A stretch of 64,000 nt of DNA, taken from assembly GCF_018977255.1 (NCBI RefSeq), contig NW_024704743.1, positions 14,634,001 to 14,698,000 of the forward strand, read 5' to 3'. The stretch is from Callorhinchus milii. Lineage: Eukaryota. The translations under genes and the position numbers were made by a program. The notes under the pieces were generated by a model. The model saw only the letters and a program-made list of their open reading frames with translations. It did not search any database and was not told the DNA's origin. Below, in pieces: positions 24,340 to 36,420 of the stretch (the first letter of the stretch is position 1; each line of letters begins with the position of its first letter).

Positions 24340-25202
24340 CAGACTGGCTTAGTGAGGTGGAGTGGGCATTCTTGGATGGTGATACTGTCAGCGTCTGAGG
24401 TGTGGAGGCACTGACGGGAGCCAATCAGGGGGGCCTTGGTCTTGCTGACATTCAACTGTAGAAAGTTAGTTCTCATCCAGGACTTGATGTCTGACAGATA
24501 TTCTGTCAGGACAGCAGTGGTCCTGGAGTCGAGGGTGGAGGCAGAGAGTTACAGTTGGGTGTCATCCACATGTGTGTGGAAGTTGATCCCATGTCTGCAG
24601 ATGATGTTACTAAGAGGGAGCATACAGATATTGAAAAGGAGGGTACCAAGGGCAGAGCCCTGACGAAGTCCACATGAGATGGTGGATGGACAAGAGGAGA
24701 AACCATTTGTGGAAATGAAGTAGCGATGGTGTGAGAGGTAGGACTGAACCATTCAAGGACACAACCATGAGATGAGGTGAGAGTCAGTGGGAGGAGTGGT
24801 CAACTGTGTCAAAGGCAGCAGAGAGATCAAGGAGGACGAGGAGGCATTGGGAGCCCTTGTCACAGTTGGACAAAATGTTATTTGTCACTTTGACCAAAGT
24901 TTTTACTGTGCTGTGGGCGGCACAGAAACCCGATTGGAGGGGTTTGTGAAGGGAGTGGCAGGAAAGGTAGGAGCGAAGCTGGGAAGCGATGACTTGTTCC
25001 AGGACCTAGGAAAGGAAAGGGAGGTTGGAGATGGGGCGGTAGCTTGAGAGCAGGGATGGGTCCAGGAGGGTTTTTTTTGAAGAGCAGTGATGACGGCCGT
25101 TTTTAGAGGGGTGGGAATGTTACCAGTGGAGAGGATGAGGTTTATGATGTCTGTGTCTTGAGGGGCAAGGAGGTGAAGCTGAGAGGTAAGGAGAGAGGTC
25201 AA
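24340..25202 (-). mobile_element. L2 LINE ORF2 reverse-transcriptase region, degraded
   Basis: IPTPLKTAVITALQKKPS; QGSALGTLLFNICMLPL...HGINFHTHVDDTQL (degenerate YADD); frameshifted. Confidence 0.92.
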
Positions 25203-26768
25203 TTCATAAATTCACTTTAACCTTTGATCATAGCTGAAATAACCCATATAGGATAAGTCTGCACCTTCTCAAGGGCATTAATATGCTTCTTATTAGATAA
25301 ATAAATAATCCACAAACAGACATGAAGTGAATGACTAATTTTATTTGGGGGATTGTTGGCCAGGCACCAGGAGGAACTCCCTTCTGACTCAGAGAAGAGA
25401 ATGCCACCAGCTGAGCCAAGCTGACACACACACACTTGGTAATGAGAAGGGAAATGTGAGATCTATTGACTCAGTTCACCACAAAAATATCAGTGCATCA
25501 GTAAGCTATTAAAACGGGTAGCTTTCTGACTTAACTATCGGTATTAGGTTCAAGAACATAAACTCCGGTGGAAAAAAAAGTGTTGACTGCACTTCACCGT
25601 CTCTGATTTGAAAGTATCATTGTTGTACGTGTATTATATGAGCATTCCCATTAAATTGAGTGCAGTGTCAATAGATTTAGCTCTTTTCTATTTTCTCTGC
25701 CTTATTCAGTTTCCACTATGGTGAAAGAATAGCAAGATGATTCAACTGAATGCCCTTATCTGACTGACAAGGTACTCCCACAATATCTTTTCTAGTCAAT
25801 AGTATTACAATCCAACAAAATAGTAGTGCACAGGGTGTACTGATAACAATGAAATAAATGATGGACATGTAACATAAAACAAAAGGTTAGATCCTAACAA
25901 ATCATCACTTTGGGGTGTTACTCAGCACCACAGGAAAACATCAGAAGAATTGAAGATGCCATTTAGTGCAACAGAAAACCTCAGACACGTGTAGTTCTTT
26001 TCAAAACTGAAAGTCAGTGCAGTATACAGCCTGTAATTAAGAACTATCTTTCACTTATTTAGCACTGAGTACATGTTTGCTGATCATGTATTTTTCAGTC
26101 TTGCTATGTGAACTTTTGTAGAGATTTTCTTAATAACAACTTGCATTTATACAGCGCCCCTCACGCAGGGTGGCGTCCCAGAGCATTAAGACAAACCCTT
26201 GGGGGGTGTGGAGGGGATAACCTGGGTCTAAATTTACTCTATTTCACCCACAAAATATACAATAATTCACTTTATAGTATATCTTGTGAAGCGCTTTTAG
26301 ATGTCTCAAAGACATGATAAGGCACTATATCAAATTATTATTATCATCAATTTAGTGTATTGGGGTGTACAGAATTTGGAAAATTGTTGAACTCAACCTT
26401 CAATTTGAGCTCAGTTTCTTTTAAAAAAAAGTTTACAGAAAACTAGCTTCAATATCAAGGCTGCTTTTAAGAACTTTCTAAATTCTGGACTCTCTGAATT
26501 GCAAAATAGAGCAAAGCTCTATTCTCCTGTTTCTCTCACTTGTTCCCTTTTTTTCTGGGGGGGTGGGAGGGAACATCAGCATCACTTGACATAACAGTCT
26601 GGCAACTGTGTCCCTAAGGTGGGAATCCCTTTGTTCTTTGAAACTGTGCTTATGTTTTACAGACCTTGATCAATGAATGTTTGACAATCGTGGTTTATAC
26701 TATAAATTCCCCCAAATGCCTAATGAGCAAAGACAAACGTCTAGCATAGCCCTAGGCTCCACAGACTA

Positions 26769-26838
26769 AAGTAGGTTGCAGTTCAAAGCCTGAACTCTAT
26801 TAAGTAGGTTGCAGTTCAAAGCCTGAACTCTATTAAGT
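26769..26838. repeat. Perfect 33-bp tandem duplication
   Basis: AAGTAGGTTGCAGTTCAAAGCCTGAACTCTATT x2 plus AAGT. Confidence 0.95.
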
Positions 26839-27469
26839 CAGCTGATTTCAGCTGGGCTCTACAATTAGCCCCAAGACAGGTTAGAGAGGTGTAAATAATC
26901 CACCAGAGTTCTCGTTCAGTATACAATGATACAATGATTTCCTTGATGGTAAGTCCATTTGTTTGGCTGTTGAGTGATGATAGGAATGGGCCCAGCTGCA
27001 ATGTAATTGAATAACCCGCTGAAAGTCAATGTCAAGATTAACAAATGAATAATAGCTACTTCAGTGTGATCAGTAGGGAGGCAAGCAGGCAGTTCATGCA
27101 ACAGTATTCCTTTGGAAGGCAAAATGAATTTAGCACACTTGGAAAGGAAGGGGAGAAAATGATTGAGAAAATCAAAGAAAAGTAATTAGTCTACTAAACC
27201 TGATTTTATGTGATCATGGGCCACATCACTGAACACTTTTGTGTATTTGTCTTAAAAAATAAGATTGCACAGAATTGTGGAAAACTGTGGTGAATCTGAA
27301 TTGTTAATCAAGACAAGCAAATCACGATTCAATGGGATGAAAAATGCAATATGTAATGTGATATCACATCATGAAACCTTGCAGTCCAAACCAGTCTATT
27401 ATTGATTGATTTCAGATGTGAATACAAGCCCCACAACATCAGTGCAGGTTTTGGCTTGAAGCCTCCAGC

Positions 27470-28418
27470 CTGCCATCGACTCAATTCCAGAACCACTGCT
27501 GTTCTTGATCTATCGGATGTTAAGTCCTGGATAAGTTCTAACTTTCTACTGTTAAATGTCAACAAGATTGAAGTTCTCCTGCTTGGCTCCAGTCAGTGCC
27601 TTCTCACCTTAGGTGCTGACCACATCGATCTGTAGGGGTGCTCCATCCACCACTGTCTTCTTCAACCTCCAAATAATCTTTGAACCTTACACTGGGCTCT
27701 CACTAGCTCTGCTTTCCCTTAATGCCCGTCTCTGCCACTACATCTCCCCTAGGTTGCTGAGTACCTCATCCACACTTTGTTCGCCTCTAGGTTTGATCAT
27801 TTTGAATGCCCTTGATGACTCCTATCACCTCCCTACCTAAACTGCAGACAATACAGGATGCTACAATGCATGCCCTCTCTTGTACTAGATTCCATGAGCC
27901 CAAAACCCACATTCTTGTTCAACTCCACTAACTCCTCATCCTCTAGTACAGGGGTGGCCATCTTGTGGTTCATGTGATTATTTTATGTAGGCATAATGCG
28001 GGCCGTGGGCCACAAGTCGGCCAGCCCTGCTCTGGTAGATCAAATTCAAGATTCTTGTCCTCACATTCAAATGCCTCCATAGCCTCACCCCTCTCTATCT
28101 CTGCCACCTACTGCTCCAGCTGCTACCTCTGCTCTGCATAAACTGACCTTCTTTAGATCCCACGTCCACTAAGCCTCACCATTGGTGGACAAGTCTTCAG
28201 TCACTTTGCCATCTCTGAAACTCAATCCTGGAGTCCTTCTCACCTCCCTCTCCACTTTCAAAATCAACCTTGAGACCTTGCTTTGTTCATATGTTCAGCC
28301 GCTCTCCCTTCCTCAGCCTCCACCCCTCCCCCCAGTTCAGACTCACAGTCAGTTGGGTGAAGTGCTTTGAGACTTCTTCCTGACGTGAAAAGGTCAATGT
28401 AAATATAAGTTATTGTTA
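27470..28418 (+). mobile_element. L2 LINE 3' fragment, old
   Basis: LNSRTTAVLDLSDVKSWISSNFLLLNVNKIEVLLLGS; L2 tail near 28360-28418. Confidence 0.85.
27949..28029. mobile_element. 81-bp hAT-Charlie-type MITE
   Basis: TIRs CAGGGGTGGCCA / CGGCCAGCCCTG; 8-bp TSD CTCTAGTA / CTCTGGTA; inserted in L2. Confidence 0.85.
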
Positions 28419-28424
28419 TCCTCT

Positions 28425-28850
28425 TTGGGAGGAGATAAATAGAGTCTCCTTAAAGCTGAACCGGCTCCAAGGTAACTGATTGTTGGAATTGAGTCAAACC
28501 TCTACGGTGGTCTCTCGAAGTCGCTCGTCTCCTGTTACCCCTGTAAGCCAAAGCCCGAATGGGTAGTGTGGTCCTACCTGGACAAGCAAAAGGAAACTCC
28601 AGCAGTAGCCCAACGTAAACTATAGAGTCCTCAAGTCTTAGCTCTGGTCAACCTGCACCTAATACTCACCAGGATTAGGTAAACAGGGTGCATCCCTCCA
28701 GGGAGAGAATGACCATTCCATTCTAGACACCGAAAAACTTCCATGTGTAGGTGGTGTATATACACGTGGAACTCTGTGTGATTTGTATACACTTAAGCAT
28801 TGCGATGGGTTTCCGCATTAGTCAGATATCTGGATGAGCCCCCCCAAAAA
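28425..28850 (+). repeat. 'Family X' copy 3
   Basis: Reverse-complement matches to 2211-2550 (GTCAACCTGCACCTAATACT, CTCCAGCAGTA, CTCCAGGGAGAGA) and to 4718-4760. Confidence 0.75.
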
Positions 28851-28999
28851 ATAAATTGTTGTTGTTTTTCCTGCCACATTGCAATACAAGATGTTCCAAT
28901 ATTAATTAATTTGCATTAATCTATATTAAAAGTTCCTATTACGCAATCTTCTTTATTTACTCAGATCCCCTTAATGTTACAGTATTTATTATAATATAA

Positions 29000-29215
29000 A
29001 ATGTAATAATCCTTACATTTGGTAGCGTTTTGTCACTTCATCAAGAATTCTCAAAGCGCTTCACAGGATAAACTATAACATGACGTGACTGTGTATTTTG
29101 TGGGTCAATTTTGTGTACAGCAACATTCCACAAACAGCCATGATATGAGTTTTATTTTGGGGATATGAATTTTAATTGGGGAATTGTTGGCTAGGATACT
29201 GGGAGAAACTCAGTT
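29000..29215 (-). mobile_element. Deu-domain SINE 3' part
   Basis: Tail plus ACAGCAACATTCCACAAACAGCC core. Confidence 0.7.
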
Positions 29216-30744
29216 TCAACAGGAACCAAGTACAGACCTGCATGAACTCCTTAAGAGAGATTTCCTTTGTTACTATTGTATTAGGTGCAGCTTGCTGACA
29301 GCAGTGGAAGATGCCTAGAATTCCAAGAATTGAAAGCTTAATTGATTTCTTCAGCGAGCATTCTATTTATACAACTTTGAACCAGAAACAACTAATATCT
29401 TGTCTGTTGTTCTTCATTCCTCAACCTTTATCGCTCAAACGAGAATGGTATGGAATGGTATGGTATGGAAATGCAATGACTCTGAGGTTGGATCTTGTCT
29501 AAATGTGCAACAGCACAACAAGATAAGTGAGGCAGTGCTATTGTGTTCTCAATACTTCTGGAGGAAAAATTGTAAAGGTTCCTCCACAAGCCTTGGCTGC
29601 TCTTTTTTTTGTCCTGCAATGCTCTTGATGGCATGCTTGTACAGATCTTTACCAAATATGGGAGAAGTTTTTTTACCATAATTCATGAATGTGACTTTCA
29701 AACTATTGCTCTTGGAAATGTATGCAAAGGCAGAGTTGTTTGACTTGCTGTCAGAATGCACAGTATGCAAATGACGACAGCAGATAACTTTCGACAGATC
29801 CAATTTTTGTTTCAGCGATCCTGCTTGGTTTGTGAGATTCAATATTATCTGGGGGAGGGGTCCTAAGAATACATGCATGCTCAACTGAAGATCCTTATGG
29901 CAAAAGAGCAGGTTGAATTTTGCTGGAATTGTTTTAGAATCATTGCAGGAAGCTAAGTGGGACACTGCTGTTATTCAGCTCTCGGATATTGGCCTGTCTA
30001 TGCACATAATTGGTGGCCAGTACCAAATTAGTATGTTTTATGGAAACAATATATTTTTTCCACATTCCTCCCTCTCTCTCTCAACAAAGATACAAAGACA
30101 CTGGCAATTAAATGTTGGAAATACAGTATATCCTCGTTGAAATAATTTAAAATGAAGACTTAATTTTAGTTGGTCAATTACTTTCACACACTTCCAGAAA
30201 CCACAGCTCTAATGCTAAAAATGACCCAAATGAACAAATTAAATATTAGTCATACTCACAATCTAACAATAATGACAAACCGAAATGTCACATAATAAAA
30301 TCCATCCACTTTCTCCTATCATTAGCAGTTCACAATTTTTGGAGGCAAAAAGATGCATAGTGACAGCACAAGAAATGGTAACATTAAATAAAAAGCTTCA
30401 ATCATCGAGTTCCACTCCAAAAAACACGAACAAGGGAAATTATGCCACCAAGACAAACCAGACAGAGATGTCTGTCACTTCACAATGTTTTCATTGTTCT
30501 CTCTTCCTCCACACCGCCATCCCCCCCCCACACCCCCCCTCCGCCATGATATTTTGTTCTTTCCCTACTGAACAATACAGTTCTCATTTCCTTGCTCATA
30601 AGTTGACTCATTCTGCTGAGTTCTAAAGTCTCAATTGTCCTTGAGGTTTTAAATTGTGAGTTTTATGTTGTGTTTATACTTCATGTTTGGCAGAGAATCA
30701 GACGAGAATCCTGCTCTTTACATCACCTGCAGGAAGTGGTTCAA

Positions 30745-30954
30745 ATAATAATCCCTCCAAAAACTAAAAACAATAATTAAATTGGTCATTTTCAATCTAC
30801 GACTGTTTGTGGGACATTGCTGTGCGCAATTGGCTGCCGCGTTCGCCCACAAATATACAGTCAATTCACTTTACAGTGTGTTCTGTGAAGCGCTTTGGGA
30901 CGTCCTCCCGACGTGAAAAGCGCTATATCAAATGCAAGGATTATTATTATTATT
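30745..30954 (+). mobile_element. Young SINE 3' half (5'-truncated)
   Basis: Nearly identical to the reverse complement of 58355-58565; (TTA)n tail. Confidence 0.92.
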
Positions 30955-31344
30955 AAAGGTTCAAGTCATACGAGTACTTTCCCATGGTTATATTGAAAGT
31001 TTTTAGGTATCCTCTTGAACCACCCAGGAACTTTCAACAGTTATTACTTAATGTTATGAAGGAACTAATATAAAATGCCTGACTTAGATGTTCAGTGCAT
31101 GTGCCAAAATGTTTTATTTTTATGGCCTTAATTCAATACAATGTGGGACAGGAAGTATAATTCAAGCTTCAACTCTAGTACTATAAAACACTTCTGGAGC
31201 CAGTTTTATGAAACATGAGTCAGGCATGAAAGTAGTAGCATTACAGTACCATTCCTGTGAAGGGAGGTGGAAGGGAGATGGAAGAGAATTCTAAAAGATA
31301 CAGTGCAGCCCAATTATAACATGTCCTCGTAGAGCACAAATTTG

Positions 31345-31620
31345 CCACCCTTTGGATGACATGTTAAACTGAGACCGCATCTGCCTGTTCAGGTGGATTT
31401 TAAAGATCCCATGGCACTATTCCTTCTGGTGTCCTGGCCAACAATCGCTCAAATAAAATTGGTCAATCACTTCACAGTTGTTTGTGGGACATTGCTTGTG
31501 TGCAAATTGCTTGCCATGTTCACCTACAAAAAACAGTCATGTTAATTTCAATATATCCTGTAAAGCACTAGGTACTTCCAGGGTGAAAGGCGCTCTACCA
31601 AATGTAGGGATTATTATTAT
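31345..31620 (+). mobile_element. Deu-domain SINE fragment
   Basis: TTTGGATGAC...TCTGCCTGTTCAGGTGGATTTTAAAGATCCCATGGCACTATT core and tail. Confidence 0.8.
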
Positions 31621-31846
31621 AAATATATTTGTTTCATGGTTTGCATCATGGACCCCATTTATTGCTCTTGTACACACGCTCTTCAAGCTAAAAAGGTTGA
31701 TTTCTCAATCGTCAGGTTGCTGCTATCACTTCCTGATTTTGGTGGCAACCCAACGATCTGGAGGTCAGTCAATTTTCATTTAGAATGTAAGTTGATCGAC
31801 TGAACCTGCACTATCAAACCTACCAATGCACTTCGCTATAATGCTA

Positions 31847-32211
31847 GGAGTCCAGTGGCTCAGTGGTTAGAGCATTCGTCTCGGAACCGAGAGACTTGGG
31901 CTTGATTGCCGGCACAGCGAAATGTTGGGCAAGTTTCCTTACTCCACACACCTGTTTACCTAACAGTAAGTAGGAACCCGGTTGTTATTCAATTGGCGGA
32001 TTGCTTTTCCAGGCTTAATAATCAGTTAAAAAAAATAAAAAATTGGTTACTCAATCCACGACTGTTTGTGGGACATTGCTGTGTGGAATTGGCTGCCGAG
32101 TTTCGCCCACAAAATTATACAGTCAATTCACTTTACAGTATATTCTGCAAAGCGCTTTGAGACGTCTCGAAGACGTGATAAGGCGCTATATCAAATGCAA
32201 GGATTATTATT
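31847..32211 (+). mobile_element. Young tRNA-derived SINE, full length
   Basis: GGAGTCCAGTGGCTCAGTGGTTAGAGC head through (TTA)n. Confidence 0.92.
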
Positions 32212-34611
32212 AATGCAGTTGGGATTTTATGAATCCCAAATACTACATTATAATGGGGCTCCACTGTATTAAGATGGTAGGCAGCAATTTTAAGATAGAC
32301 AAATTTAATATACTGTGAAACAAGAAAAGAGTAAGCATTCAAACACATCAAGGGGGTTTCATTAAAAAGGTGGTAAAATAAACAAATTTGCATGCAATCG
32401 TTAATCTTCACTGAAAATTTCCTCATAGCGGAAAACGTTAATCAACAGAACTAATCTAACATGAGCCTGCATCTCAAGGGCATTTAATTAAATTGAAAGA
32501 AGTTCTTTTAACCTTGATTAAAACACTGGTGACAAACATTTGGAATAATGTGTACAATTTGGGGCCCCCTACCTTTAGAAGACTTACAATGTATTGGGAA
32601 GCTTCAGTATAAAGCCACAAGAACAATTCCAGAATATAAGATAAAAATTTACAACAAGAAACTCACAAAACAATTGAACTATAGTGAAGTTGCTGGGAGA
32701 GATAGGGGGGAGTAATGTGTGTTCGACAGAGATGGGTCAAAGAGGAGAGAATATGAAGAATAGAGTGGTCGACAGTGACACGAGCACAGAGATTAAGGAG
32801 GTGAGGCACAGGGAGCCCGATAAGTGGGTGAGTAATGGAGTGTAGGGCAGCAGGACCAGACCAATAGAATACTGTTGGTGACAAATGTAAAGCAGAGTAT
32901 ACGATTTAGGTCACACTTATACAGAAAAACTCGATTAAGAATTATCTTTATCAATCGTATAATCGCCTAAGTCGTACATACACCCGAGTGCCGTTCAGTT
33001 TCCCATCAAAACCACTTAGATTTCTTTGCATTAGTTGTATTCGAATGAAATGCTGTACTCTGTCCAGTGCCTTGGGACGTCCTCCCGATGTGAAAGGCGC
33101 TGTCCAAATGTAATCTTGCTGTTGTTGTTGTATTAATTATCTCCTAAGTCGTAACTTCGCTCCCCTATCAACCATTACTTCTGCATTTACCAGCTGCATT
33201 GAATCGCAGGAAATGTGGTCTAGTAAAAGCAGTTTGACGCGTGCTTCATCCCCGTGACTCAATGCAATTCCAATGCTTCCGGGTAATTGCGCAAGAGGTG
33301 ACGGATCACGATTAATTGAATTGCAGGAATCTCAGTCTTGACCTGTCATGGCAATCGCATTTACCGGCTGCTGTAATAAACTACCACATGTGCACTTATC
33401 GGCTACATTGAATTAAGCATGTGAAGCCTAGATTATTCATTAAATTGAATTTATAGGATTTATATAAATTTGCCTGCAACTCTCTTTGCATTAGAACGTG
33501 TTTTTGCCTTTGCTCAATGTGAACACTAATGATACATTAACAGTGTTAATGGCTGAGTATTTATTTACTTAACCACTGGGAGCAGGAAGATAACAAAACC
33601 TTTTCAGACTATCCGTGTGTGTGACAAGCACCAAGGATGGCCATTCCTCTTTCCCTTTAACATTTTTTTCCTCTTGACTCTCCCTGGGAGCATTTACAGA
33701 ATTTCTATTCTGCTCATTTTTCAAGAGACAGATAATGTGTCGATGACAGGAAAGACCATCTTATAACTTTTGCAAATTTTAAATCCATGTTTTGGTACAA
33801 AAATATGATTTTCCTGTTTCAGAACATGCAAACCAAGTTCCGCGCGCTCCAGGAGCATGCAATGGAAGAAACCAAAACCCACTTGCAACTTAGTAGCAGT
33901 GGCTTGATTTACAAATCGAAAATAATGGCAAGCGACAAAGGGCGAGGGAGAGAGCAGTCACTACTTTTAATTAAAGAAGCCACACAGCTGACAATGAACA
34001 GAATCACAATGTTGCTCAAAAGGAATGAAAGGCAACAGTAAAACAATGTAAACAGTTCTTGTGTTTAGGTCGGATGAGTCAGAGACATCCATTGTGCAGA
34101 GAGCCAACATCAAAAGAGAAACTGGCAGTTACAGAAGTGAACAGGGTGAATTAAACCCTGTACGTTACAATTGGGGAGCTATGGGAGTGGGAAAGCATTG
34201 TGCTGAAAAATGGAATTGGAACATTATACACAATGCAAATGCAGTTTTATTTAAAAGATTGTTTATCCTTGAAAAGTCATTCCTTGTTTGGCTCAGTCAG
34301 AGAACAGCTTCACACACAGAACTGTTGCTTTTCTTTGTTATCCATGGTACACTGACATTATCCAGCCCAAAGCTGTACAGCATGCTACATTTGTTGTTAT
34401 AACAACTGCATTTGGTTAATTACTTCCTTAAGTAGGGCACGATGTGGATCTTGGTTGTACTAGATTACATGATCTCCCAACACTCATATTCATATGAGGA
34501 CACAAGAAGATAAAGCATGGAATGAGAAAATCTGAGGATTGGGGAAGTTGAAGCAATCTCTCGCTGGAGTTAAATTAGTTCAAAAGTGTAACAACTTTTG
34601 AGGACAGACAG

Positions 34612-34725
34612 GGAGGGACAGGTCTGCAGGCACACAAGCCACAAGGCTGATGGTTGCCCAGCCTGCCCATCTCACCGGTAACAGTCCAAAGTCCTGAAGG
34701 GTAAGGTGATCTTGACCTGACAAGT
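34612..34725 (+). repeat. 'Family X' copy 4 (short, diverged)
   Basis: CAGGTCTGCAG...CCAAAGTCCTGAAGGGTAAGGTGATCTT matches the reverse complement of 4485-4650. Confidence 0.5.
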
Positions 34726-34899
34726 ACCTCAACATATACCACTGCTTCATGCTAGTAAGTTCCTGTTTCATTTCTTTATTGCCACACAATTAAGACTAGA
34801 AATTTCAACTCAGTATTCCACACAACCCAATGTCTCAGTTTGTGATAAAGAAGAAATTAGGATGTCAAACCACATTATTCTCAAGTAACTGAACTGCAA

Positions 34900-35385
34900 G
34901 TAGAGCCCTGTAACAACAGGATGCTTGGGTCCACGATATGCCAGCCAGCGTTACAATGTAGCTGTGATTGCATTTTTTCACTGTGCTCACGCCTTGTGCG
35001 CTGCCTTGCTCCTGCCTCTGGTGTCACTTTCTATAGGCTGCTCAGTGCGCACACACAAGCTTCATCGATGATGATTTCATGACCTCGATGTCTGCTATTT
35101 TTTTGCATGCTAGAAGTCAAAAAGGTCGACTTCTAGGTCATTAGGTCGCTGACATCACTTCTTATGCAACAGTCATGCGGGAAGCGACAACAGACAAAAC
35201 ACATTGAGCCAGAAGGTGGCTTTGCTTAGTGCACGACCGGCTGGCACGTGTGAAATGAGCCAGCTCACTGCGCGCACTGCAGGACACATAAGCCAACCCA
35301 CATTTATAACAAACCAAGTTATTACAGAGTTTTTTAATAGCAAATTGTTGGCTTAAAATTTGGCATTCCTCATATTACAAGTGTA
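34900..35385. mobile_element. Probable old Tigger-like DNA transposon
   Basis: Begins GTAGAGCCCTGTAACAAC, similar to the TIR class at 31301; internal hairpin CTAGAAGTC..GACTTCTAG. Confidence 0.4.
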
Positions 35386-35985
35386 ATAAATATTCCTTGC
35401 ATTTGGTATAGCACCTTTCATATCAAGAGGGTGGCTTAAAGTGCTTCACAGGATATACTCTAAAGGGCAGTAGGCAAACGTGGCAGCCAATTAGTATGCA
35501 GCAATGTCCCACAAACAACCATGGAACAAGTGATTTATTTTGGGGATTGTTGGCCAAACATCAGGAGAAACTCCTTTTTCTTTTTGAATAGTGCCATGGG
35601 AACTTTAACATCCACCTGAACAGGCAAAAAGGACCTCATTTTAATGGTTCATCCAAAGGACGGCACCTCTGACAATGTAACACACCCCAACAGGCAGCAT
35701 CTATGGAGAAAGGAAAGTGAGTCAACGTTTCGGATTCTGATGAAGGATGGTGGACCTGATACATTGACTCAGTTTCCTTTTTCCATAGATGCTGCCTGAC
35801 CTGCTGAGTATTGCCAGCAACTTCTGTTTTTGTTTCAGATGTCCAGTATCTGCAGTATTTTGCATTTTGTTTATACTGGCATAGGAGTGTTAGCTTAGAC
35901 TACGTGAGTTCAAAGTCCAGAAGTGGGGTTCAAACCCACATCCTCTGACTTAGAAGCGAGACTGCTGCCAACCGGGCCTGCTGAC
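35385..35985 (-). mobile_element. Deu-domain SINE, full length, interrupted by a Penelope fragment
   Basis: Tail and Deu core at 35385-35690; tRNA head at 35873-35985. Confidence 0.8.
35691..35872 (+). mobile_element. Penelope-like terminal repeat with inverted partial copy and decayed hammerhead motif
   Basis: 35691-35733 is an inverted copy of 35755-35798; CTGATGA at 35737-35743; remainder is the reverse complement of 23337-23470. Confidence 0.78.
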
Positions 35986-36167
35986 ACGCAAAAGACCAAC
36001 TGTAAAGATACTGCAACCTGAAATTGTCAGTGTAGGCACCTTGTCTGGATGGATACAGGTTTAAAACTGCTCATGACCAGCTTTCTATGGTCATACCAAG
36101 TGCCATTAGAATTAGACTGCTGGGAATTTGTTATTTCAATTTTCAGCAACAAGACAAGCATTGTAAT

Positions 36168-36420
36168 AACAATAATCCTTGCATTTGATATAGTCCCTTA
36201 TCACATCATCGAGATGTATCAAAGAACTTCATAGGATATGCTGTAAAGTGGATTGACTGTATTTTGTGGGTGAAACTCAGCATCTATGAAGTGAATGACC
36301 AACTTTTATTTGGGGGATGTTTAGTCAGGACACCAAGAGAAACTCGTTTCTCTTTTCAAATACAGTCATTGGATCTTTAACATCCACCTAAACAGGCAGA
36401 CTTGACCTCAGTTTAACATC
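36168..36420 (-). mobile_element. Deu-domain SINE fragment
   Basis: Tail plus GGATCTTTAACATCCACCTAAACAGGCAGAC core. Confidence 0.75.

Larger units (their letters stand above)
31301..32266. mobile_element. Tigger/pogo-like MITE carrying two SINE insertions
   Basis: TA|CAGTGCAGCCCAATTATAAC ... ATTATAATGGGGCTCCACTG|TA: ~20-bp TIRs with TA duplication. Confidence 0.75.

Noticed and set aside
29549..29965. 138-aa minus-strand ORF in unique sequence
   Set aside because: No recognisable family or clear splice boundaries
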